Of a stretch of DNA of 24,316 nucleotides, positions 1 through 8,767 are shown one piece after another. Origin of the DNA: Nitrosopumilales archaeon. Its GTDB lineage: Archaea > Thermoproteota > Nitrososphaeria > Nitrososphaerales > Nitrososphaeraceae. Position 1 is the first letter of the stretch, and each line of letters starts with the position of its first letter. The notes beneath the pieces are model-generated. The model made no database searches. It saw only the letters and a program-made list of their open reading frames with translations, and was not told where the DNA came from. The stretch is from NCBI GenBank assembly GCA_044507735.1, contig JBIQJB010000028.1:1-24316 (forward strand), in the 5' to 3' direction. A program made the position numbers and the translations under genes.

Positions 1-29
1 CGCTCAAGCAGAAAAGGACGCTTGAGTAC

Positions 30-554
30 ATGATGGCACTACAATCGTCATCATCGGCTGCTGTGCAGAGAACGACGACCACGGCGGCTGCAGCAGGAGG
101 CCGGGCAGTGCTGGAATATGGCGGCAGCGATGCTAATGATGACGGTGACGATGACAATGGCAGTGGCGAAATAGGGTCTCACCCATCCATTGGGGCCACA
201 CCCGGCAAAAAGGGTGCCAATGGCGTATTACTGCCCGACAACAACAAGTCTCTCATACACTGCCTCCACTGCGGAAAGCAGCAAGTCGTCGACATGTCTA
301 CCGGCGCTGTATGCAGGATAGAAGAGTTCGGGCCAGTAAATGTGATACGCGGAGACGGTGACGGCAGCAACGACAGCCAGGTGTTCTGCCTCAGCCCCAA
401 ACATGTAGAATTCCTCGGGCTTGCTTCCGGCACCGTTGACGTTGACGACGTGAAGCAGCTTGTGACAGACAGAAAGAGCGAAGTGGAAAAGTTCCTGAAA
501 AGGGTAAGCATCGCCACGAGGTTTGTCGTAATAGCAGTGGACCATGAAGTATGA
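30..554 (+). CDS. Hypothetical protein with low-complexity N-terminus and possible Zn-binding site (CxxC...CxxxxH)
   Basis: 174-aa ORF; HCLHCG and VFCLSPKH motifs; stop overlaps the next start (ATGA at 551-554). True start uncertain. Confidence 0.6.
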   Translation: MMALQSSSSAAVQRTTTTAAAAGGRAVLEYGGSDANDDGDDDNGSGEIGSHPSIGATPGKKGANGVLLPDNNKSLIHCLHCGKQQVVDMSTGAVCRIEEFGPVNVIRGDGDGSNDSQVFCLSPKHVEFLGLASGTVDVDDVKQLVTDRKSEVEKFLKRVSIATRFVVIAVDHEV

Positions 555-1432
555 TACGCCATAACAACAACAATAATAGCTTCAACAATAACAACGACGA
601 GAATAGTAGCGGTAGTACCGCAGCGGCAGTATGGATAAAGAGAAAGAAAGTGGAAGGAATGAAAAGGCCGTACTGCATGCGCGTCTATCCGGCCGGCAGT
701 CCTCAGATGAAAGTGCTTGAAAGGCTGTACTATACTCCTGACAGGTCACTGTCTGTGTCTGATTTTGGCGACATGGAAAAAAAGTGCCTTGACGGCCTTG
801 CAGCTCGACAACTGGTAGAGGTGACGGATGTTGCTACTTTAAAGGGAGAGGAAGGAAAAGACGAAGGCCGTGCCCACAATAAAATTGCTATCACGACTCC
901 AGGCGTGGCGCACTTTATAGCGTCCAGGTTCGGCCTGAGTTTTGCCTACGCTGTATACCTGGCGTACCTGTACGTCGAATCACGCGATCCCCTATACGCC
1001 TTTACACTTGCTGGCGGGGACGCAGAGCTGGCGAGGATGATTGTTGAAGGTAAAGCAGAATTCCCTTATGGAATATTGTACAGCCAGAAAGCCGACAAAA
1101 AGTTCGAGGGTACTAACATGTTTGTGCTCGGCACCTTTCTAAAGGAAAGGGGGTGCTGTCTCAACGGGCTGGTGCCAGAGATCGCGCGGCACGAGCTGTC
1201 GAGGGTAGGAATAGTGCGCTGCGTTCCAGGCGGTACGCTGATGATACCACATGAAAAGTACAAAGAACTACAAGGGTATGACGCTGACCTGCGCGCCATA
1301 GTCGCGTGGGCGGATAAAGTATGTGAAATAGAGACTGCTGAAAGGATGTCCGAGGCAGCAATACTTGTCGGAGCATTCAACAGAGGGGGCAGTAGTGGTA
1401 GTGGTGGTGATGGCAACAAACATGGAGAGTAG
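551..1432 (+). CDS. Hypothetical protein, possibly tandem winged-helix DNA-binding domains
   Basis: 293-aa ORF coupled to the upstream gene; LDGLAARQLVEV...IAITTPG and ARHELSRVGIVRC...GTLMI resemble wHTH recognition helix plus wing (inference). Confidence 0.6.
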   Translation: MIRHNNNNNSFNNNNDENSSGSTAAAVWIKRKKVEGMKRPYCMRVYPAGSPQMKVLERLYYTPDRSLSVSDFGDMEKKCLDGLAARQLVEVTDVATLKGEEGKDEGRAHNKIAITTPGVAHFIASRFGLSFAYAVYLAYLYVESRDPLYAFTLAGGDAELARMIVEGKAEFPYGILYSQKADKKFEGTNMFVLGTFLKERGCCLNGLVPEIARHELSRVGIVRCVPGGTLMIPHEKYKELQGYDADLRAIVAWADKVCEIETAERMSEAAILVGAFNRGGSSGSGGDGNKHGE

Positions 1433-1453
1433 CAAGTAGAAGTACCTGGGTGG

Positions 1454-1789
1454 CTATGCTGCGATGCGCCTCCTGTTGTTCCGCCGAGGGGCGTCAATCA
1501 ACAACGGAGACTTTAGCACAAGTCTGGTTTTTGATTTCTTGCCATTGTTACTATAATGGTTCTTGACATTGTTATAATCATCGTCACTGTCTATGAAGTA
1601 GACTTCAACACTGTATATGATGTCCTTCCCTGCGTGTCTTACAGACAGCAGCCTGAACAGATAGTCTCCGACCCGCTTCTGTTCTCCCGGCAGTAGCGAA
1701 GCTATGAACATACGTAGCTGGCTGGCCGTAAGCCCTGTGACTCGACACAGCCACAAGAACCGCATGTAATACTTTGTATGCAGTTTCAT
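1454..1789 (-). CDS. Hypothetical protein
   Basis: 111-aa ORF starting 1 nt after the stop of 1791..2360; no recognisable family. Confidence 0.5.
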   Translation of the reverse strand: MKLHTKYYMRFLWLCRVTGLTASQLRMFIASLLPGEQKRVGDYLFRLLSVRHAGKDIIYSVEVYFIDSDDDYNNVKNHYSNNGKKSKTRLVLKSPLLIDAPRRNNRRRIAA

Positions 1790-1790
1790 A

Positions 1791-2360
1791 TCACCGATCT
1801 CCCCACTCCTGCCTACCTTCTACCTCTTTCTGTTTTGGGAGCGCACAACCCACAAACTCTTTGTTGCCAAGGTACGCGTCCAGGTGGCCTGCTCCAAAGA
1901 AAACAAGGAATGCAGATGCAAGTACAAAGAAAAGCATCGGCGCAGGACCCTGGCTCGCTTCTCCTGCTGCTGGATCATCAAGCGGGACCAAGGGGGAAAT
2001 GGCAACAGACAACATAGCCGCCAGTGCGCATGCCACTGCGACTGTGAAAGCCGCGTGCAGCACCAGCGTAAGCCATGCCCTGCCGCGCGTGATATGTCTG
2101 GCTATGATGTTCACAAAGATGTTGGACTCGCCGCCCTTCATCACATGCCGCCAGTTCTTTGCGGTCAGGCGCGCGTCCAGCTGCCAGCCAAAGAGCCAGA
2201 AAGCCGTAAATGAGATTGCGAGAATGGATGGAGGGTTGACATTGATGTCCTGGAGTCGCCACACATACACATAGGCGACTATGGCAGCGATCGCTGACGC
2301 CATTCCGGCGGCTGTTATGGCTATCGACCTCTTCTTTGTCGTGTTATTCACCGCCGCCAC
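1791..2360 (-). CDS. Integral membrane protein (about 4 TM helices), probable element-associated
   Basis: Four hydrophobic stretches; same strand as the adjacent pilin and PrgI-like genes. Confidence 0.65.
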   Translation of the reverse strand: MAAVNNTTKKRSIAITAAGMASAIAAIVAYVYVWRLQDINVNPPSILAISFTAFWLFGWQLDARLTAKNWRHVMKGGESNIFVNIIARHITRGRAWLTLVLHAAFTVAVACALAAMLSVAISPLVPLDDPAAGEASQGPAPMLFFVLASAFLVFFGAGHLDAYLGNKEFVGCALPKQKEVEGRQEWGDR

Positions 2361-2532
2361 CTTCTTTCCTTTGTCGACTTCTGGTTCACCTTGGCCACAA
2401 CATCTGCTATTGTAGTAGCGTCTGCATCATGCGCCATCTTCATGATCATCAAGACAGACATGCCGCCGTTATCACCACCATCAACATCCACATCAAGACG
2501 AAAATAACACAAGAGAAAAAATCAGGTCGGGT

Positions 2533-2823
2533 TTACAGCTTGACGAATCCGATTATGATCCCGGCAGTAGCTATGAACGCGCCTACGAGGATCATTATGG
2601 TCATGCCGTTTCTCATCAGGTTTGCCAGCTGGGGCGGCAGACATCCACTACTGCCGCTTGTAATGGTCTGTCCTGATGTGCAGACGGACGGGTTGCTTAT
2701 GTCAACGCCTGAAAGCCATCCTATGATTGGCCCCGCCAGCGCGACAGATGTGCCAAGTATCAGTGCTGCTACTACGATTTTGGTTACTTTTGCTTTTTCG
2801 TCTCCTTCGATGTTCTGGAGCAT
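2533..2823 (-). CDS. Small two-TM VirB2/TrbC-like conjugative pilin candidate
   Basis: About 96 aa with two hydrophobic helices; ATG at 2823 lies 21 nt after a TTAAAT box; T-rich run follows the stop; near PrgI-like and VirB4 genes. Confidence 0.6.
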   Translation of the reverse strand: MLQNIEGDEKAKVTKIVVAALILGTSVALAGPIIGWLSGVDISNPSVCTSGQTITSGSSGCLPPQLANLMRNGMTIMILVGAFIATAGIIIGFVKL

Positions 2824-2921
2824 ACACTGCAATGTGCAGTCAGTATTTAACCGAAGGCCATTTTTTCAGCCTACAGACAGGATCAAGAATGGTACCTACA
2901 CCAACACGGCTGTTGGTGTAG
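2824..2921 (-). promoter_or_regulatory. Promoter module: palindrome CTACACCAACA-N4-TGTTGGTGTAG (2896-2921), TATA (2845-2850), ACATTG at -12
   Basis: Perfect 11-bp arms seen directly; a diverged copy occurs at 23893-23994. Confidence 0.7.
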
Positions 2922-3019
2922 ATATCGGGAAAAAAGGGAGTGTGTTATACATCACTACCAACGGGTCTGTTGTTCTTGGTGGTGGCTGTGATGTGCGTAG
3001 GCGAATGTATACGCATACA

Positions 3020-3301
3020 TCAAATCTTGGATATTTTGCAATTCCACATCATGCCGAGCAATGTCCATGACAGGGCGGCGTCTATCGGGCCTGGCATTTG
3101 GACACGCCTATCAGCTGTATCAAATACTCCACATGCAGACCACTTTTTGATGTCGTCAGCAGGCAGTTCGACGCCTCGTGCTATATAGTCATACAATCTC
3201 GCAAGCGCACTCGAAGTACACATGTCGAACCCAAACTCGGGCGACATGAACATCGACGAGGTTGCCACCTCGTCTTCACCTTCAGCCTTAAGAGCCGTCA
3301 T
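3020..3301 (-). CDS. Hypothetical protein
   Basis: 93-aa ORF whose start overlaps the stop of the PrgI-like gene; a T6 run follows on the minus strand near 2930. Confidence 0.6.
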   Translation of the reverse strand: MTALKAEGEDEVATSSMFMSPEFGFDMCTSSALARLYDYIARGVELPADDIKKWSACGVFDTADRRVQMPGPIDAALSWTLLGMMWNCKISKI

Positions 3302-3711
3302 TTTTTCCTGTTACCCTCCTCTCCCTTCTGTCCTCCTACAGCAAAATCTCCGGAAGATGGCGCTTGTGCAAACATCGCCGCGATGTGTTTCTTTTCCGTT
3401 GTACGGCTGGACCGCATGGCAAAGAACCTGATTGCCGACATCAGGTATTCCTCTGCTGTCATTACGCGCGGCTTGTAGAATGCCATCATCAACGCCATGC
3501 CTGCCACTGCTGCAGCGACATACGGGTTGACCGTCGCCAGGCCGTACGCAAGAAGCAATCCGGTGAATAGCAGAGCGAGTTGCTTCATAGTCAGTGTTAT
3601 GAACCCTATCGAAAATATCGGCTCCGAGAAAACACCCAAGCTGTTGAACCATATCACCTCGATGTGCTCAATGGGGCGTGAAGACTGTTGTGATGTTGCT
3701 GTCATCGTCAC
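3298..3711 (-). CDS. PrgI/VirB3-like T4SS membrane protein
   Basis: LTMKQL, two TM helices, then FYKP...EEYL..AIRF, the typical PrgI pattern; adjacent to VirB4. Confidence 0.7.
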   Translation of the reverse strand: MTMTATSQQSSRPIEHIEVIWFNSLGVFSEPIFSIGFITLTMKQLALLFTGLLLAYGLATVNPYVAAAVAGMALMMAFYKPRVMTAEEYLMSAIRFFAMRSSRTTEKKHIAAMFAQAPSSGDFAVGGQKGEEGNRKK

Positions 3712-3736
3712 TTTCGTGCATTGAAAGTGCTGACCT

Positions 3737-3767
3737 CCTTAAAAGGCGCTAACACATTGGAATGTGT
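3737..3767. promoter_or_regulatory. Divergent promoter: near-palindromic CCTTAAAAGG TATA and inverted repeat ACACATT-GG-AATGTGT
   Basis: Between divergent PrgI-like and VirB4 genes; an in-frame GTG at 3766 is 21 nt after TTAAAA. Confidence 0.55.
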
Positions 3768-6000
3768 GGGTAAAACAAGTGGCAGGAGCGGGGATAAAAG
3801 CAAGAAGCTCGGTGGCGGGATATTTTCATCATTCAGGATGATGAGGAAGGCAGGCCAGATCCAACGCCCGCAGCACCAGGATGTTGATGCGAATACGAAT
3901 ACGAATATCACTGGACAACATGGGTCAGTGCAGCGCGGCGGCCAGACGCAGGCACAAAAGGGCATGCAAAAAACACACACATATGCGTTTGAAATCAGGC
4001 CGACCAATTTTTTCTCACTGCCAGACGAAAAGCAGCGCGTTGTGCTAACGCGTTTTCTGCAGCTGATAAATGCTGCCACCAGTGACGGCGCTCCTGTAAT
4101 ACTTACTGTGGCAAGGGCACGCGTAGACTTTGAAGGTACGGGCTACAGCACTGTGCGCACGTTCGTGTCCACCACTGGTAGGGAGGGGGATGGCAGGGGC
4201 GCGGCACTCCACCACTACCTCTCAGCACTGGGGTTCGGCCCGGAGCCAGTGAGCGACGATGGTGGTAGCAGTAATGGACTGCCTGCCATAGATGTCATAT
4301 CGGAGAACCCGCGCAGCGTGTCTGTGCGCTACAGCTATCATGGCAGCAGCGTCGGCAATCATGGGGGTGGTGGTTACCACGGTCCCGATCGCAACCACGG
4401 ATATATCAGGTGCAGGACCTTTGTGCTGCTTATTCCGAGGTACTCGATGCAACCAGCATGGGTACACTCTCTCCTGCAGCACTGCGACCTCGTGCGCGTC
4501 AGGATAGAAAAGATAAGCCCCGAGAGGGCGATAGCAATGGCGCAAAAGTACAGGTCGACAGTAGAGGTGGCGCTGCGCAGGAACCCCAATTTAATGCAAA
4601 AGTTCCAGCGGGCTTCTGCCCTGTACGAGGGCCTCCAGTCCCAGTCGACAGCGCTTTTCAACGTTGGCCTTTCCTGCACCATATTTGCAGAAGACGGGAA
4701 AGATCATGAAGCCAGGAGTAAAGAATTCCTGAAGGCCATGAAGGCGTCAGAAATGCGCTTTGCAGACGTGCCGTTTGTCCAGCGCGAGCTGGCAGCAGGC
4801 ACATGGAGAAAGAAAGACGCTATAGCCGACCTTGGCACGCTGGCAGTGATGTATCCCTTTGTATCTGCCGATCTGCTGGAGGTCAAAAATGGCGTCCTGC
4901 TGGGCCAGAACGTGGAGACCGGCTCTCCTGTCGTCTATGACTACATGATGCGCAGCAACTACAACATGGTCTTGCTCGCGTCGTCAGGCGCAGGCAAGTC
5001 GGTCACTGCCAAGACAATATTAAAGCGCGTGACAGAAAAGCACCCGGGCACATACGTGTACGTGGTAGATCCGCAGGGCGAGTACGAAAGGATAGCGGGC
5101 TATTTCGGGCTTTCCGTGGTAAAACTCACAAACCCTAATACAGGCAAGGTGCGCCGGATGGGGCTTGACCCGTACACTCTCTTCGAACCACTTGATGTGC
5201 CACAGGTCATCGCAGACATTGCAGCAGCGGACGACCTTGCGAGAAAGGAGATAACGGCAAAATCCACCTCTGCCAAGTCCATATTCGACCTTTACTCAAA
5301 AGTAAGCGACGATACAAAGAAGCACCTTATGCAGCTTGTGGAGGGGCCCTTCTCAGAGCTGTTCAGGGAGCCGGAGTCCGGAACCGACAATAATACTGCT
5401 GCTACAGATACTGCTGCTACCACTACTGCCACTACAGACATGCTCTCTAGGACCATTATATCGCTGCAGGGCGCCTACGACAACAAGGAGAGGCAGGCGA
5501 TACTGCTCACGCTGGCGCTCGCAAAGGCGTGGAAGGCCATCATATCTGCACCGGCACACCTGCCAAAGGTCCTCGTGGTCGACGAGGGCTGGCTCGTATT
5601 CAAGATACCGTCCACAGCACGCTTTATCGAGATGATTGCGCGCACCGGCCGCAAGCTGAACGTTCTCTTTTTGTTCATCAGCCAGAACCCCGAGGACGTG
5701 ATAAGGCAGGAGACTGGAAGGGCGATTTTAGAGAACGCTGACACCAAGATACTGTTGAGGAACACCGAGATAGCTGCACACATGGTAGCCGAGACCATGT
5801 GGCTTTCTCAGCGCGAGAAAGAGATGTTGCCGATACTCCAGAACGGCGAGGCGCTCATGTTTGCCGGCGAACACAGGATGCGGGTCAAAATGACGCCGAG
5901 GTCGCAGGAAGAGCTGCAGGTGTTTTCGACCACACCTGTCACTGCATTATTAAATAATAGTAGTAGCAATGGTGGCGGCGGTAGTGGCGGCGGTGGGTAG
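3766..6000 (+). CDS. virB4: VirB4/TraE-family conjugation ATPase
   Basis: Walker A ASSGAGKS, VVDPQGEY, Walker B VLVVDEGW, RTGRK...ISQ motifs. ORF is open from 3721; start placed at GTG 3766 by promoter spacing (inference). Confidence 0.9.
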   Translation: MGKTSGRSGDKSKKLGGGIFSSFRMMRKAGQIQRPQHQDVDANTNTNITGQHGSVQRGGQTQAQKGMQKTHTYAFEIRPTNFFSLPDEKQRVVLTRFLQLINAATSDGAPVILTVARARVDFEGTGYSTVRTFVSTTGREGDGRGAALHHYLSALGFGPEPVSDDGGSSNGLPAIDVISENPRSVSVRYSYHGSSVGNHGGGGYHGPDRNHGYIRCRTFVLLIPRYSMQPAWVHSLLQHCDLVRVRIEKISPERAIAMAQKYRSTVEVALRRNPNLMQKFQRASALYEGLQSQSTALFNVGLSCTIFAEDGKDHEARSKEFLKAMKASEMRFADVPFVQRELAAGTWRKKDAIADLGTLAVMYPFVSADLLEVKNGVLLGQNVETGSPVVYDYMMRSNYNMVLLASSGAGKSVTAKTILKRVTEKHPGTYVYVVDPQGEYERIAGYFGLSVVKLTNPNTGKVRRMGLDPYTLFEPLDVPQVIADIAAADDLARKEITAKSTSAKSIFDLYSKVSDDTKKHLMQLVEGPFSELFREPESGTDNNTAATDTAATTTATTDMLSRTIISLQGAYDNKERQAILLTLALAKAWKAIISAPAHLPKVLVVDEGWLVFKIPSTARFIEMIARTGRKLNVLFLFISQNPEDVIRQETGRAILENADTKILLRNTEIAAHMVAETMWLSQREKEMLPILQNGEALMFAGEHRMRVKMTPRSQEELQVFSTTPVTALLNNSSSNGGGGSGGGG

Positions 6001-6005
6001 AAAAA

Positions 6006-6191
6006 ATGAGCGAGAAAAAAAGACGTACGATGATGATAATAGTTGGCAGATGTCATGAATGTGAAGCTGAGGTCATGCTGATGCAACGAAACAAAGTGCC
6101 TATGCAGGACATCTGGACATACGAACAATGCGGCGGCGATATCTCTTTTGCCAGGCTGCGTGAATTGAGATTGCGGAGATGGAGAGTGTAA
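6006..6191 (+). CDS. Small protein, possible zinc ribbon with a degenerate second Cys pair
   Basis: CHEC...YEQCGG; fills the gap between virB4 and a pilin with 4-5 nt spacers. Confidence 0.45.
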   Translation: MSEKKRRTMMIIVGRCHECEAEVMLMQRNKVPMQDIWTYEQCGGDISFARLRELRLRRWRV

Positions 6192-6195
6192 GAAG

Positions 6196-6648
6196 ATGAA
6201 TATCACCGGCAATAGTAGTAGTGGTGGTGGTAGTGGTAGTGGTGCCAGCATACGAGCAATAAGCCCTGCCATCGCCACCATCGCGCTCATCGCAGTAGCT
6301 GCCGCTGCAGCGACGATAGCAGGCTCGGACATGGTGAGAAAGGCCGCGCTGTCGTCGTCTTTTGCAAAGCCTGCTGAGATATCCGAGATATTCATGATAA
6401 AGCTATCTGATATGAAGGCACACTTGCACGCCGTTTACAGGATACAGCCTGGCTGGACGACTGTGAACGTGTCGTTTACAGACGACTCTGGCGCTACTGT
6501 GACTTTCAACCTGCCGACTGGCTCTACCACGTTCGACTCGGCTATCGATGCAAGTGTAACCATTGGTGAGAGATACAACTTTATTATCACAGCAACAGGG
6601 AATGACGGAAACAGTGCCACAGTGACCATGTCTGTCTTTGTAAGGTAG
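6196..6648 (+). CDS. Archaeal type IV pilin (class III signal peptide)
   Basis: IRA|ISPAIATIALIAV hydrophobic N-terminal helix followed by a beta-rich domain. Confidence 0.85.
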   Translation: MNITGNSSSGGGSGSGASIRAISPAIATIALIAVAAAAATIAGSDMVRKAALSSSFAKPAEISEIFMIKLSDMKAHLHAVYRIQPGWTTVNVSFTDDSGATVTFNLPTGSTTFDSAIDASVTIGERYNFIITATGNDGNSATVTMSVFVR

Positions 6649-6738
6649 AAGATCGCCTCGACCAGCAAAGTTTATTATAATTATCCTTCAGAGATTAATA
6701 ATATCCTATGAATGGAGAAATAGGATTCATGATAAAAT

Positions 6739-7563
6739 TCAAACCCTGTGCACACAAGCCGCTTTCATTGACTTTGCATAGTTTTCCAGCATCTTGAGTC
6801 TTTGCTTCTTATTGTCTGAAGACCTTGGTAGCTTGTCTACTATTGTACTTCCAATAATTATCGCGTCCGCGCCAGCATTTATCATGAGTCTTGCATGTTT
6901 GGGAGTGCTTATGCCAACGCCTACACCAACAGGTATTCTGGACCTTGCTACTTGCTTTGTCCTCTTGATGGCATCAAGTGTATAGTCTTCAAATGACTTA
7001 CGGGCACCGGTTACACCATACACCGAAACGATATATACAAAACCCGAAGAATTTTCTACTATCTTCTGTAATCTTTCATCCGGGGTATTTGGTGATGCAA
7101 GAAGGACTGTTGACAGCTCGTATTTTGATGCTAGAGAAGAATAGCGGCCTGCCTCTTCTAAGGGCATGTCAGGAAGTATAAAGCCATCGAAGCCACTTGC
7201 TTTCGCTTTCGACATAAACTTATCCAAGCCTGCCCGTACGAGAATGTTTGAATAGGTCATCGCCAGCAGTGGAAGGTCAGGGTGTTTTTTCCGGACAGAT
7301 CTGGCAAACGCAAGTGCTTTTTCTGGCGTAACGCCGTTTTCAAGTGCTTTGTGCGATGCTTCTTGGATAGTGGGTCCGTCCGCTATCGGGTCTGAAAATG
7401 GTATGCCCAGCTCGATAATGTCCGCGCCACCAGCAACAAGCGAATCAATGGCCTTTGCAGTCGTTATGATATCTGGATAACCGGCCACTACATAGCATAT
7501 GAGCGCGCACTCATCTCTTTTTGCAAGACGAGAGAAAGTTGCAGTCACTCTATTTTCTTGCAT
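6739..7563 (-). CDS. trpA: Tryptophan synthase alpha chain
   Basis: [23 protein letters not shown] and GAD..IIGS motifs; overlaps the trpB stop. Confidence 0.97.
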   Translation of the reverse strand: MQENRVTATFSRLAKRDECALICYVVAGYPDIITTAKAIDSLVAGGADIIELGIPFSDPIADGPTIQEASHKALENGVTPEKALAFARSVRKKHPDLPLLAMTYSNILVRAGLDKFMSKAKASGFDGFILPDMPLEEAGRYSSLASKYELSTVLLASPNTPDERLQKIVENSSGFVYIVSVYGVTGARKSFEDYTLDAIKRTKQVARSRIPVGVGVGISTPKHARLMINAGADAIIIGSTIVDKLPRSSDNKKQRLKMLENYAKSMKAACVHRV

Positions 7564-8767
7564 CGCGCTTGCGACCCTTTTTGAAGTTCAAGTAGTCTTG
7601 AACGACCGTAACATCTTTGTCTCCCCTCCCAGACAGCGTGACTACGATTATTCCATCCTTGTCCATTTCCCTGGCAATCTTTATCGCGTGTGCTACTGCA
7701 TGTGATGATTCGAGAGCTGGGATGATACCCTCAAGTCTTGACAAGGTCATAAATGCATCTACTGCCTCCTCATCGGTACAAGGCACATAGACAGCTCTGT
7801 TTATGTCTTTGAGCAATGCATGCTCGGGGCCAACTCCGGGGTAATCAAGGCCTGCAGAAATGCTGTGGGTTTCGGACACTTGGCCGTGTTTGTCCTGCAA
7901 GAGATACGTGAACATACCATGCAAAACCCCGGGCGAACCTGCGCATAAGGTCGCCGCATGCTTTCTTGTTTCTATTCCCCTACCTGCTGCTTCCACACCG
8001 TATAGTTTTACCGATGAGTCATCCAGAAACGGATAGAAAGAACCTATAGCATTGCTTCCTCCTCCCACACATGCAACTAATGCCTCAGGGAGTGTGCCTT
8101 GTTGTTCTTGCATCTGTTGCCGGATCTCTTTACCGATGACGCTCTGAAAGTCTCTAACAATCATTGGATATGGATGCGGACCCAGAACAGAACCAATAAG
8201 ATAATACGTAGTGTTGACATTAGAAATCCAATCTCGTAATGCTTCATTAACTGCATCCTTTAGCGTCTTGCTTCCAGAATGCACAGAATGAACTTTGGCT
8301 CCGAGTAATCCCATGCGGAAGACATTCAATTTCTGTCGCTCGACATCTTTAGATCCCATGTAGATCTCAGCATCAAGCCCCAGCATAGCACATGCTATGG
8401 CGGTGCCCACTCCATGTTGACCCGCTCCTGTCTCAGCTATTATCCGCCTTTTGCCCATTTTCTTTGCTAGAAGTGCCTGACCAAGCGTATTGTTTGTCTT
8501 ATGAGCGCCACCATGAAGGAGGTCTTCTCGCTTAAGAAAGATCTTGGCCCCTCCGACATGTTCGGTAAGGTTTCTTGCATAGTAAAGTGGCGTGGGTCTA
8601 CCAGCATATGTTTCGAGGTAGTATGCAAGTTCCCTTTGGAAATCAGCATCATTCTTGTATTTCTCATAAGCAGTTTCTAACTCCTCTACTGCAGGAACCA
8701 ATGTCTCAGGCACGTATCTTCCTCCATACTCGCCGAACTTTCCATCGATAGGATACTCCCTAAGCAT
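7550..8767 (-). CDS. trpB: Tryptophan synthase beta chain (TrpB1 type)
   Basis: GAHKTNN (PLP lysine), [27 protein letters not shown] and LSGRGDKD motifs. Confidence 0.98.
   Translation of the reverse strand: MLREYPIDGKFGEYGGRYVPETLVPAVEELETAYEKYKNDADFQRELAYYLETYAGRPTPLYYARNLTEHVGGAKIFLKREDLLHGGAHKTNNTLGQALLAKKMGKRRIIAETGAGQHGVGTAIACAMLGLDAEIYMGSKDVERQKLNVFRMGLLGAKVHSVHSGSKTLKDAVNEALRDWISNVNTTYYLIGSVLGPHPYPMIVRDFQSVIGKEIRQQMQEQQGTLPEALVACVGGGSNAIGSFYPFLDDSSVKLYGVEAAGRGIETRKHAATLCAGSPGVLHGMFTYLLQDKHGQVSETHSISAGLDYPGVGPEHALLKDINRAVYVPCTDEEAVDAFMTLSRLEGIIPALESSHAVAHAIKIAREMDKDGIIVVTLSGRGDKDVTVVQDYLNFKKGRKRDARK

Noticed and set aside
2336-3070. 244-aa plus-strand ORF and other long antisense ORFs (for example 20699..21451, 5808..6395, 16829..17227)
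   Set aside because: Shadow frames of better-supported genes on the opposite strand, with no motifs.
6921-6932. CTACACCAACAG half-site of the palindrome inside trpA
   Set aside because: Only one arm is present and it lies in coding sequence (PVGVG); most likely chance.
7550-8767. TrpB as a non-canonical synthase (tyrosine-synthase-like or TrpB2)
   Set aside because: The catalytic Glu in AETGAGQHG and the other TrpB1 motifs are canonical, and the gene is coupled to trpA.
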